Shown: positions 13,042 to 27,890 of the stretch, one piece after another | How positions within the stretch are numbered: position 1 is the stretch's first letter | Layout: each line of letters starts with the position of its first letter | DNA from: the human T2T-CHM13v2.0 reference genome, Homo sapiens | Length of the DNA stretch: 64,000 bases | Assembly (NCBI RefSeq): GCF_009914755.1 | Contig: NC_060947.1 | Direction: 5' to 3' (one strand) | Program-made: the position numbers and the translations under genes | Notes under the pieces: model-generated | The model's database searches: none | Told to the model about the DNA's origin: nothing | What the model saw: the letters and a program-made list of their open reading frames with translations, nothing else

Positions 13042-13510
13042 TAGACAGCTGATGGCTCTGGCAAGGGGAAAGAAGGGAAATAAGGAAGGAGTGTCCACTA
13101 TTGAAAACCTGCTATAGAACATCAGAGATGATAGGTCAATTCTAACATGACTGAAAGTGATAAATACTTATGTGACATTTACAGATCCAATGCTAAGCAC
13201 AAGACAGGATATGGGAAGAACGATCTTCAAAGTTGACAAGAATGATGGATGACAAATCCAAGGAATTCTAAGTTTCACAATGAAGAATAAGCATATTTTT
13301 CTCTAAAGGTGAAACAGGTAAAATAAAAGTAGTATCATCCGTGGTTGACAGAATCACATTATCTCAACATGTATTTTATTATTAAGAAAGGGAAAAAGGA
13401 GGATCAAGGGACATCTTGCACTCTTCAAATTGGTGGCAGCATAGATAATGGTTTATCCATCTGATACAGACCAGGGTAGCATTTCCCAAGTATTCATGCT
13501 CTAATGTGGA

Positions 13511-13725
13511 GAGCAGTATGAAGGGTTCTAAATGGTAAGAGTCCAGGAGTCTATGTATTAGCTTGAACTAAATCCTATATTTCTTATGTAACCTTTGGAA
13601 AGTTAGTTGACTACCCTGGGCCTCAGTTTTCTTGTCTATTAATTTCAAACTTCTTGTAGTTTGTTAAGAGAATCCATGGCTTGGTTGCAGTTTCAAAAAA
13701 TAGTAGCAATCATAGTAATAATAAT
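13511..13725 (+). mobile_element. MIR
   Basis: Core TGTAACCTTTGGAAAGTTAGTTGACTACCCTGGGCCTCAGTTTTCTTGTCTA. Confidence 0.7.
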
Positions 13726-13798
13726 GACTGCCAACCAAACAGAGTGACTTTAATCACATTGTCCATTTGACTATAACCTCTTAAGAAAGGTTTCCATC

Positions 13799-13888
13799 TT
13801 AATTATAAAGATTTGAACTTTTTATGTAGTTAAGGTTTAAATGTATGTGGAATAAAATGTGGCAGAGTTTTATTTAATTAAAAAAAAA
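13799..13888 (+). pseudogene. Very short retroposed mRNA 3' end or orphan transduction
   Basis: Perfect 16-bp TSD AAGAAAGGTTTCCATC (13783-13798, 13889-13904), AATAAA at 13851-13856, poly(A) from 13880. Confidence 0.75.
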
Positions 13889-14559
13889 AAGAAAGGTTTC
13901 CATCAACTTGCCTATTGGGTCTTCCATTCCATTGCCTGGTGACCTCTACTTAAAGTGAGCCAATGTCTACTGGTGTTTCACTGAAGCAGAGGAATTCTCC
14001 TACTTTGGAGGCCTGTCATTTTTCTGACCAAATCCAGCACTCAACTCTTACAGAGCAATGTCTCTGTGAAATTGGAACTTTAAGAAACACAAGAACTGTT
14101 GATTGTTCAAGAATAGAATCCATTGAATGTGCTACTACCTAGTGTCTTCTCAGGCTAACTAATGCCTTTCTAACAAATGAGCATTGGAATAATAATCTCA
14201 GTGTGAACCACATAATTTGTTCTCTAAATGGAGCCATAAACACAAGTAGCACATTTATAACATTTCTGAGGTGCACATATGAAGGCCTAAATTTGTAGTG
14301 GTATCCCACAAGGTTGTGGAGAGGCAGAAAGGAAGAGGGAACTTGAATGAATTCAGCTCATGTGGCTCAAAATTATAAGAAAACTATGGGAGACTCAAAT
14401 CTCTACTGAGAAGAAGTAAATACTCAAAGTCATAGCTTTAAATACCTGTCCCAGCTCTGAAATACTAACTTTCTTACATACAAAATGGGACAAGGGGTAC
14501 ATAACAGGTATGACTGATCTCTTGGGTAGAAGAAAGTACTGACATATAAACTATAATAT

Positions 14560-14940
14560 GAAGAATAAATCATTTTAGGTGAGGTGATGTGGTGGGGGTG
14601 AAATATTCCAGATGAAAGGAGCAGAGAATATGAAGGCTTGGAGGCAAGAAAGAGAAGCATGATAGATTTGACTAACTGAATGTACAAAGGGAGCAGTGGA
14701 GAGCAACAAAACTGGAAATGCAGGCTGGATACAGAGAATAGTGGCCCTTCTGAGAAATAAATATTTGAAAGGAGGCTTGTAAAAATCTCATGGCATATAA
14801 GGGAAAGTTATTTATTTATTTATTTTTTTGTCTGTGGCTTACTGGCAAAGGGTCATTGGGAGACATTCTGACTGGAGACTTTTGCAGGGGAGACAGGAGA
14901 AGTTTTCTTGAGATTGTTTTTTAATACAGTTGACTAGAAA
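14560..14940 (-). mobile_element. L2 fragment
   Basis: Purine-rich ATTCCAGATGAAAGGAGCAGAGAATATGAAGGCTTGGAGGCAAGAAAG typical of antisense L2. Confidence 0.5.
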
Positions 14941-15289
14941 AAGATGGGAGGAAAAAGTCCCAAACATTGCTTCATACATAAATTTTAAATTTTCAGAAGT
15001 GTTCTGTTGCATAGCACAGTACCATATCACCAGTGATAGAATGCACTGTTTTCAGGACAAAGCCCTTTTCTCAAGGAAATCATAGGACTGACATCTGCCA
15101 AAGGCTGAAAGGAAGTAGAGTTGAGATATATGCATCTCAGCATAAATGGCACTCTGGTATACAGGTTTTTGCCTTTAGAATAGAGAGTTTAGTACACAGA
15201 AGATAAAAAACATAATGGTCATGGGTGCTAGGAACGTTAACATACATAAATGAAGCAGATCCAGATTAGCAAATCAATGTACAGTGAAG

Positions 15290-17060
<1,771 letters not shown>

Positions 17061-17197
17061 GCACAGGTGTGAAGATAAATGTCAAGGGATATTCTGCCAC
17101 AGTGTTTAAAGGCAATTAGAAGTAGTGGGAACTGGGATGAACTGAAGAGTTCATGTCCCATCTAAAGGGGCAGCCTGTATTCAGTTCCAGGTAGTTT

Positions 17198-19435
17198 TTT
17201 ATATATATAGTATATATATGTATTATATATATATATTATATATATCTATAATAGATATATTATATATTATATATTATATATTATATATTATATATATACA
17301 ATAGATATATTATATATTATATATTATATATATACAATAGATATATTATATATTATATATATACAATAGATATATTATATATTATATATATACAATAGAT
17401 ATATTATATATTATATATATACAATAGATATATTATATATTATATATATACAATAGATATATTATATATTATATATATACAATAGATATATTATATATTA
17501 TATATATACAATAGATATATTATATATTATATATATACAATAGATATATTATATATTATATATATACAATAGATATATTATATATTATATATATACAATA
17601 GATATATTATATATTATATATATACAATAGATATATTATATATTATATATATACAATAGATATATTATATATTATATATATACAATAGATATATTATATA
17701 TTATATATATACTATATATACTATATATAGTATATATGTATTATATATATTATATCTATAGTATATCTATACTATATATATACTATATAGTATATCTATA
17801 CTATATATATACTATATATAGTATATACTATATATATACTATATATAGTATATACTATATATATACTATATATAGTATATACTATATATATACTATATAT
17901 AGTATATACTATATATATACTATATATAGTATATACTATATATATACTATATATAGTATATATATATACTATATATAGTATATACTATATATATACTATA
18001 TATAGTATATACTATATATATAATATATATAGTATATACTATATATAGTATATATATAGTATAGATATACTATATATAGTATATATACTATATATAGTAT
18101 ATATACTATATATAGTATAGATATAGTATATATACTATATATAGTATAGATATACTATATATAGTATATATACTATATATAGTATAGATATACTATATCT
18201 ATACTATATATAGTATAGATATACTATATATAGTATATATACATAGTATAGATATACTATATATATATCTATAATATATAATATATATATAAAATATATA
18301 TTATAGATATAATATATACATAATATATATAACATATAATATATATAATATATATAATATATTATATATAAAGTATACTATATATAGTATATATAATATA
18401 CTATATATATACTATATATAGTATATATACTATATATGGTATATCTATAGTATATCTATACTATATATAGTATATATACTATATATGGTATATCTATAGT
18501 ATATCTATACTATATATAGTATATATACTATATATGGTATATCTATAGTATATCTATACTATATATAGTATATATACTATATATGGTATATCTATAGTAT
18601 ATCTATACTATATATAGTATATATACTATATATGGTATATCTATACTATATATAGTATATATCTATACTATATACTATATATAGTATATATCTATACTAT
18701 ATACTATATATAGTATATATCTATACTATATACTATATATAGTATATATCTATACTATATACTATATATAGTATATATCTATACTATATACTATATATAG
18801 TATATATCTATACTATATACTATATATAGTATATATCTATACTATATACTATATATAGTATATATAGTATATTATATATACTATATATAGTATATATAGT
18901 ATATTATATATACTATATATAGTATATATAGTATATTATATATACTATATATAGTATACTTTATATATAATATATTATATATATTATATATATTATATAT
19001 TATATATATTATGTATATATTATATCTATAATATATATTTTATATATATAATATATTATATATTATAGATATATTATATTATATATAATATGTATATTAT
19101 ATATAATATATTATATATATTATAGATATATATATTATATATATTATATCTATAATATATATGAAATATATAAATATATATGAAATATATAAATATATAT
19201 GGGAAATATATATATGGGAAATACATATATATGGGAAATATATATATGGGAGATATATATATGGGAAATATATATATGTGGGAAATATATATACGGGAAA
19301 TATATATATGGGAAATATATATATGGGAAATATATATATGGGATATATATGGGATATATATATGGGAAATACATATATATGGGAAATATATATATATATA
19401 TATATATGGGAAATATAAATATATATATGGGAAAG
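17198..19435. repeat. Compound AT-rich simple-repeat/minisatellite block
   Basis: 13 consecutive 29-bp units TACAATAGATATATTATATATTATATATA (17333-17709), TATATACTATATATAG-type arrays, and GGGAAATATATATAT units (19200-19435). Confidence 0.95.
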
Positions 19436-19439
19436 TTGA

Positions 19440-19760
19440 AAAGAAAGCCAGGGTGCTCCCTTTTTTGGTACTCGTGAAAAGATTCAAATAACGCAAACTC
19501 CGTCCTGTGAATATGAACACTCCCAGCAGCCCCACCACTAACTGCAGTAAAAATCCTAAGCCAATCTCCTTTCCCCACTCTCTCATTTTCACACCAGCTT
19601 GGGAATGTTACCCTGATGTTTCCAGAAAGCCTCATTATGTAACTAATAAACCTTTTCATAACCTCTTGGTATGTGCGTGTATGTGAGTGTCATTATTAGC
19701 CTCTACATCCGGATGAAATGTTGGATGAGAGTCCACTGTGTTTCTGTAGAGTGAAACAAC
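19440..19760 (+). mobile_element. ERVL-type LTR 3' part (MER54/MER73/MER74/LTR53 group)
   Basis: AATAAACCTTTTCATAACCTCTTGGT...ACATCC...AACAACA terminal pattern; family uncertain. Confidence 0.5.
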
Positions 19761-20023
19761 AAATAAGAATTATAGTGTTTACCTTAAAAATTTCCCATGA
19801 CAAATAATTTCTGAAAGATCCCCTGAGCACACTAAGTGCTCAACAAGTAGCAATTATCAAAGCAAATAATATCGGTGAATGTAAGTTTTCCTTAGCCTTC
19901 CTTTCCTTTTTTGAAAAATGTGACTTTTCTCTCTTTCAAAGACAGGTGAACATTTTATTGAGTCCCCAGGCCCACGGAGTAGGTAGACGCAAAACCAGCT
20001 ACTAGTAATTAGAACTGACATGG

Positions 20024-20269
20024 CTTGCTCTGTCACCTGGCTGGAGTGCAGTGGTGCAATCTCGGCTCACTGCAACCTCTGACTCCTTGGTTCAAGCAAT
20101 TCTCCTGCCTCAGCCTCCCGAGTAGCTGGAATTAAAGGCACACACCACCACGCCCTGCTAATTTTTGTATTTTTAGTAGAGACGGGGTTCACCAGTTTGG
20201 CCAGGATGGTCTCAATCTCCTGACTTTGTGATCCGCCCGCCTCGGCCTCCCAACGTGCTGTGCCCAGCC
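20024..20269 (-). mobile_element. AluS lacking its tail, with a small deletion near the 5' end
   Basis: Reverse Alu body; GGGATTACAGGCGTGAGCC segment missing. Confidence 0.9.
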
Positions 20270-20326
20270 TGATTTTTCAAATAATTAAGACTTATTTTTG
20301 TACACTACGTTATAAGAAAAGTAAGA

Positions 20327-20559
20327 GGCCGGGCGCGGTGGCTCACGCCTCTAATCCCAGCACTTTGAGAGGCCGAGGCAGGTGGATCACTTGAAGTCAG
20401 GAGTTCCAGACCAGCCTGGCCAACATGGCAAAACCCTGTCTCTACTAAAAATACAAAAATTAGCTGGGCGTGGTGGCACATGCCTGGATTGCACCAGCCT
20501 GAGTGACACTCCACCTAGGTGACAGAGTGAGACTCTGTCTCAAAAAAAAAAAAGAAAAA
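20327..20559 (+). mobile_element. AluS with a right-arm deletion
   Basis: GGCCGGGCGCGGTGGCTCACGCC start; TSD AAGAAAAGTAAGA at 20314-20326 and 20560-20572. Confidence 0.9.
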
Positions 20560-20575
20560 AAGAAAAGTAAGAAAT

Positions 20576-20933
<358 letters not shown>

Positions 20934-21195
20934 TCAGAGAAATAGAAAATCTAACAAACCCAACCTGTTACATTCAATGATATAATCTATCTGGCCTCCA
21001 TAGCCACCATGAAGATGTTTGCACCCTCATATGTAGGTGAAGTTCCTCAAATTTCCTAATGAATGTTCACCAAAGTTTTCATTATTTGTTTGCATGTTGA
21101 GATATCAGGAGGTACTTATAAGCTAAAATGATTAGTAAAGCCAGTGACTTTTTTATTATTTTTGTTTTGTCTTTTAAATGAGATAAAGTTATCTC

Positions 21196-21519
21196 CTTTT
21201 CTTTTTCTTTTTTTCTTTTTTTTTTTTTTTTTTTTTTTTTGAGATAGGGTCTCTCTCTGTCACCCAGGCTGGATTGTGGTGGCATGATCACAGCTCACTG
21301 CAGCCTTGAGTGCTTGGGCTCAAGCAATCCTCCTGCTTCAGCCTCCTGAGTAGCTAGGACTAGAGGTGTGCACCACCATGCCTGGCTATTTTTTTAATTA
21401 TTTTTTTGTAGAGACAGGGACTTACCATGTTGCCCAGGCTGGTCTCCTGGCCTCAAGTAATCATACTGCTTCAGTCTCCCAAAGTGCTGGGATTATAGGT
21501 GTGACCCACTATGCCTGGC
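21196..21519 (-). mobile_element. AluJ
   Basis: J-type diagnostics CACAGCTCACTGCAGCCTT and GGGCTCAAGCAATCCTCC. Confidence 0.9.
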
Positions 21520-21589
21520 CCAAGGTTACTTCTTATCTATGATTAGACTCTACTTCAAATAGATTCATTGGGAAAACTGCCAACCAAGA

Positions 21590-22628
21590 ATATCAGGTCT
21601 GACAAACCTTCCCTTTATAAACAAAGGCAAGATAAACAAAAACTGAAGAAATTTATCACCATTACCCCTTTCTTATAAGAAGTGCTAAAGGGAGTTCTAC
21701 AACTTGAAAAGAAAACACACAAAACAGCAACATGAAAACATAATTCTCACTGGTAAAAGTAAACTTAGGTGAACACAGAGTATAGTAATACTGTAATTGT
21801 GGCAGTATTAGTCCATCCTCACATTGCTATCAAGAAATATCTGAAACTGGGTAATTTATAAAGAAAAGAGGTTTAATTGACTCAAGGTTCTGCAGTCTGT
21901 ACAGGAAGCATGATGCATGGTTCTCTCAGCTTCTGGGGAGGCCCCAGGAAACTTAAAAACATGGCAGAAGGTGAAGGGGAAGCAGGCACGTCTTACATGG
22001 CTGCAACAGGAGGAAACGAGGTGGGGATGTCCTACACACTTTTAAATAACCAGATCTTGCAATAACTCACTCTCGCCACACCACCACCAAGGCAGGTGGT
22101 GTTAAACCATGAGAAGCTGCCTCCATAATCCTATTACCTCCCACCAGGCCCCACCTCCAACATTGGGGATTACAATTCGACATGAGATTTGAGTGGAGGA
22201 ACACAGATCAAAAGTGTATGAGTGGCACATTAATACATTTTAACCCTATTATAAAAGTTAAAAGATAAAAGTATTAGATATAACTGTAACTATAAAAATG
22301 TATTAATTGATACATAATATTCCCACATAATATGATCAACTTCTGGAGTTGTATGACACAGCATAGTGTATAGAACACTACCGTATTGTATACTTGAAAA
22401 ATTGCTGATAAAGTATATCTTAAAGGTATACTTTAAATTTTCTTACCCCAAAAGAATAAATTAATTAATTAAAGGAATGAGGCATCAGGAAACTTTGTAA
22501 GGTAATTATATTTATGGCCTTGATTATGATAGTTTCAAAGGAATATATTCCAAATTCATCAATTTGTATGCATTAGTTATGTACAGCTTTTTGTATGTAA
22601 TCATACTTCAACAAATGGTTTTTTAAAA
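21590..22628 (+). mobile_element. L1M fragments (ORF1 end/inter-ORF region, then an L1MA/MB-type 3' end)
   Basis: GAAATTTATCACC...GCTAAAGGGAGTTCT and 3' end GTATTGTATACTTGAAAAATTGCTGA. Confidence 0.65.
21804..22221 (-). mobile_element. MSTA solo LTR
   Basis: GTACAGGAAGCATG motif; TSD GTGGC at 21799-21803 and 22222-22226. Confidence 0.9.
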
Positions 22629-22912
22629 CATTCAATGGGGCATTAACGAAATGAGTCCCCTCTCATACATATTTAATTACTGTACAAATCAATACTTAGG
22701 AGACATTTCAGAAGCATAAAAGGTAAATTTTTTTTCTTTGGACACCTGATTGATGACTTAATTTTATTTAATCAATTGCTCACCCCCCCAAACATGCACC
22801 CACTGTATTTCACTGTTTCATTTGTATCGAATCTTAGATTGGAGAAAGTTTCATACAAAAAACAGTAAATTTTAAATCCTTGGGTTTCTGATCCTCCAAC
22901 ATAATTTTCCAG

Positions 22913-22956
22913 GTGCTGCAGGGAAGCCCCAGGAACAAGATCTGTCCAAACTATGA
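22913..22956 (+). other. Candidate terminal coding exon, phase 1, xAAGKPQEQDLSKL*
   Basis: CTGAT branch-like motif, TTTTCCAG acceptor (AG 22911-22912), TGA 22954-22956, followed by largely unique sequence with AATAAA sites (~23516, ~24478, ~24640); gene not recognised. Confidence 0.35.
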
Positions 22957-23674
22957 CATACGACAGCCTGTTATGATGCACAGAATTCTGCATCTCAGTC
23001 TCTTCATCAGATCAAAACATGGAAGTTACTTACCAAACGTAAACCTGATAATGTTGGGGTATGATGAGTACCCTTTCAGAATCACACATCCTAAATTGAT
23101 ATGAGAGCAGTGTATTACCTAGGACGTGGTGGATAGCAAATTTTGATGTGAATTTGGGCAAAGCTGAGAAAAGGAATCTGAAATCTAGAAATCGACAGTT
23201 AAGAAAAACCATAAAAGTTATCTAGCTTTGTTTCTAATGCAGAGATTTTGTTCTTTATAGCATATCTGAAGTCGGACCATCCAGCTTCCATCCTTAGCTT
23301 GCCATTGGAGGAAAGCCCATTGCTTCAAGAATTAGCCTAATCCATTGCCTTTGACTCAAATTATGAGGTATTTTTTCTCTCCACCAAGTCAAACTACAGC
23401 TTTCTCGCTCTGTATCTTCCACTGACTCATTCTATTTAAAAATTTTGGAGCAACAAAGAACAAGCCTCATTGTAAACCATTTTATATGAGAATTTACTTC
23501 AATGTCTACATTTTAAATAAACATAATGTTAAACCGACTGTGAGTAGCCACCAGAGTCCGTTTTCAGCAAAGATGAATAACCCTCTCCAGTCTTTATTTT
23601 TTCTATGATTAATTTTCAAAGTATGGAAAGATACCTTTTCTCAATGATCTTCTTAGAGAATAGAAAGAGTTTGA

Positions 23675-23995
<321 letters not shown>

Positions 23996-25179
23996 TCAAG
24001 TGAGAGTTAAATATTCAGGCAGTCAAACTAGGAAAAATCCAGTAGTTTTAAATCCTAGGCTATTAGCACTTTCTGATTATTGACTGGGTTATAAGTGGTG
24101 ATCATTATTCTGTCATAAACAAATCTAAGGATCAAACAATACCACTGAGATTAGGAAATGGGAAATTGCTCACAGTGATCATTATTTCATCATGATTAAC
24201 CAAAAAGTAATGGGTTTGGTTTTAAAGTAACACTTGGGTTTTTTCTGCAGTAATTTGCTACTTAATTACAAGGATTACTGTGAAAGCATACCTATGAGTT
24301 ATGGCTTCAGCCTACTGGAAATCCTTACACACATCCATATACTAAGAACCCTATGGTTACCATGAAGCATCCTGCTAAGATCTGCTGATAGCATTTTCTG
24401 ATAGACCTCTCTGGGTCATGCCACCAATTTCATGCTTTGCATAAATCTCATGTTGCTTAAACATTCTGAATAATCAGAATAAAATGAGAAATCTATTTTC
24501 ATTAATTAAACATATTACCTAAACGTTGCATTAAAAATGCAGTATATTTTATCTCTTTTTCTTTTATAAGACATAAGGTAAGAGAATTAAAAGGAGGCAA
24601 TTGGCATGTGGGAATGAATTTCCCCACTGAATGATTTTAAATAAATAAACCTTTGGGATCAATTTTCATCTACTGCAGGAAAAAGTATTGACAAAAGAAG
24701 ATAAATGACAATTGCACACACACCCCAAACTATATTCAATGATGAAATTTTCAATATTTCTCAATGGGTGGTGTAAACAATCTCTATAGTCACCTGTACA
24801 ATAGTCCTCAAAGTCATTAATGTCTGATTTCTCTAGAAGAATTTATCAAATAATGATTCATTCTCAAGGAATAACAAAGCAATTGGGGTTTGATGAGAAG
24901 TACAGATGACTCTAGTTCCACATGAGACTTAAAAGGTTCTATCACACATGAGAAAGTTACAACAGGAAAAATGTATTCCATGTCTCACATTAATGGCATT
25001 GTATTCAGTTACAGGTCTTCTTTGTAGACTTTAAAAACACAAGCTTGCCAAGTGAATACAAGCCAGACTTACTAGCCTTTCCCTAGGTGATCTTTTTATA
25101 CAAACGTTAAATCAAAAATGCAGTATTTGACCGAGAAACAGCTGTGGGCTAACCGTAACTAAATGGTTGCCAGGCATAA

Positions 25180-25290
25180 AAAGACCAGGTTAGACTTAGC
25201 TGAGGTGTATAACCTTGGGCAGGTCAACCTCTTCAGTTCACCAGCTGTAAAATGAGTGGAGTCTTTAAGGTCCCTTCCAAGTTAAATATT
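25180..25290 (+). mobile_element. MIR3-like fragment
   Basis: ACCTTGGGCAGGTCA...CTGTAAAATG...TAAGGTCCCTTCCA. Confidence 0.6.
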
Positions 25291-26089
25291 TATTTAACGT
25301 TTTTACTCTATATATTGAACATGTCTTGGTCACTAACTTGTGTCTAACTAGTATCAAAACAAATCAGTTTTGATTGTACCTCCTAATCTTGGAAACACTT
25401 AACCAAGTAGTTTTTAAAACTAGCAACTAGCCTTCAGTTAACTTACTTTACCAGCTTTATGGACCTTAGAAAAAGTACCATTTTGGGTTTCATCTATATG
25501 ACAAAACCAAAGCCATTCGGACATAAAACAAGGAAAGAATAGAGTACATTGAAGATGACCAAACTGTTTTTAAAGATAATTAAAGTTACAGCCACAGGGA
25601 AGATAGTCTACCTCACTCCTAAATCCCCTTTGGGTTAAGATCCTAAATTTGCTGTCCAATTGGCTGGTGGCTGGAACTGATTGATAGGTTTGGCAAATTC
25701 CACAGGGAAAGCTTTCTATGAAGGGAATTACTGGCTTTAAAAACACAGCTATTAACCTTGAGCATCTTTAAGCGCCCATCAATTAAGCATAAGCACCCTT
25801 AAGCTCCCACTGATTAACCTTTATTACCCCAAGTTGCTCCCACAGGCTCTCATACTTACTTAAAGACAAAATAGCAGAATGACAAACTGTAAAACTGTTA
25901 ACCTTTTCATAGTGTATTTTTGTTAAATTGATGTAAAAAATACTTTATTGCCCTTGAAAATGTGTTGGCTGCCACAATAAAAAAAGTCCTAAGATGTCAA
26001 AAGTATTTGAGTCAAAGGCTCTGGGCAAAACTAACTTTAGGAGAAGCAATCTCCTGGCTAGAATAATTGGAAAGGCAATAAACAAAGAG

Positions 26090-26240
26090 TGAGCAGATCT
26101 GGATTTTAGATCAAATTTAGTATGAACAGAACAACCAAGGAGTCACCAAAATTCTCTGGCCCTCACTTTTCTCAGGTATAAATTGAGGGCAATTGTATTA
26201 GATAATTCTTAATGTCATTTTCAGCTGTAATATTCCATGA
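26090..26240 (+). mobile_element. MIR/MIR3 fragment
   Basis: CTCTGGCCCTCACTTTTCTCAGGTATAAATTGAGGG...TTTCAGCTGTAATATTCCATGA. Confidence 0.5.
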
Positions 26241-26720
26241 GCCTAATCTGTTCTTCTGTGATGAATTAACAGAATCTAATTCAACAAGCCATTTTATTTG
26301 GGTAAAGAATGATGAAGACAGGAGACATTACTATTCTGACTACATTTGGACATTAGGCAGTTACCAGAGTATAAACTGGGATCTATATTTCCAGAAGCCA
26401 AACTACAAGCACTCTGGCAACATAGCAGCAATGCAGCTTTTGAGTATTTCAGAGACCCTCACAGAATTTCTGGTATTTGTTGTCGTTTTATAGGTTTGCA
26501 TTTATAGATATAGAACTTTTGAGGCAATTTCTTTGACCTACTATGTGTGCCATTTGGTAAGGTGCTACCAGGCAGAGATTGATTCCAGAAGAAAAGATTA
26601 TGGACCTAAAAGTAAGATGTATTATGGATTGGATAAAGACAAATTCATCACAGATCATATAATTTTCCAACCAGTAAACCTTTTTCTATCATAGACAAAA
26701 CTTTTTATAGCAAAAAATAG

Positions 26721-27125
<405 letters not shown>

Positions 27126-27689
27126 AAGTAACATATTTTTTAACATCATAAGCCAGAGGTGAAATACTTTGAAAGTCCATTTAGGATTAAAAAGATAAGC
27201 CTGAGATAGGGGCTACACCTTGTAACAGTATAAAAGGAGTATTAAATTGCTCTCAAATATAAAATGTGAAATATTATTTTCTATAGTGACTCAATAGGAA
27301 AAGGTGAATAGTCTGGAGAGAGGAGAGGAAGTAGAAGAAACTAGAAAGAAAGTGGGAGGCTGAAACTTGAGCTGTTCAAAACAGTCCAGAAATTATTTAA
27401 GAAAAGGGTTATCATGTACTCAATTTAATATCCCTTGCACTGCTGAAATGAGATGCTCCTCACTCCCTACAACTCTTCCAAAAATGTTTCTATGAAGACC
27501 TGTATGAATGGGGTCTGTATGAAAATCAAGGAAAAGAGACTAAGCTCTAAATCTGACCCAGCATGGTGCAGAGATTAAGATAGATATGCAAGATGTAAAG
27601 AACAGAATCTAGATTAAAGCTAGAAATCAGTGCAGAAAAAAACAGAAACAAAATACCAAGCAATAATCATCTTTTTACCGAATTATTTC

Positions 27690-27890
27690 TTCTCAGATTC
27701 TGATAGCTCATCCCATTCTTCTTTCAGGGAATTTGCCTTTCCCCATTTTCTTATGGTTCTTTGGGGTTAGTCACAATACTCTATCCCACTTCAATTGGTC
27801 ACAGAAGTGGTATACGACCCAGGTCAGGCCAATCATATTTTCCCTTTCCCTTGGCTACAGGTTCTGGTCCAGAGTGGCCCCACACATCAC
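27690..27890. mobile_element. Old ERVL/MaLR LTR fragment (LTR33/LTR16-like)
   Basis: GACCCAGGTCAGGCCAATCA...TTGGCTACAG motif; family uncertain. Confidence 0.4.

Noticed and set aside
17333-17709. 29-bp repeat array as a CRISPR array
   Set aside because: Head-to-tail units with no spacers, no cas genes, primate context
17736-19659. Long Y/I-rich ORFs
   Set aside because: Translations of (TA)n-type repeats; no coding signal
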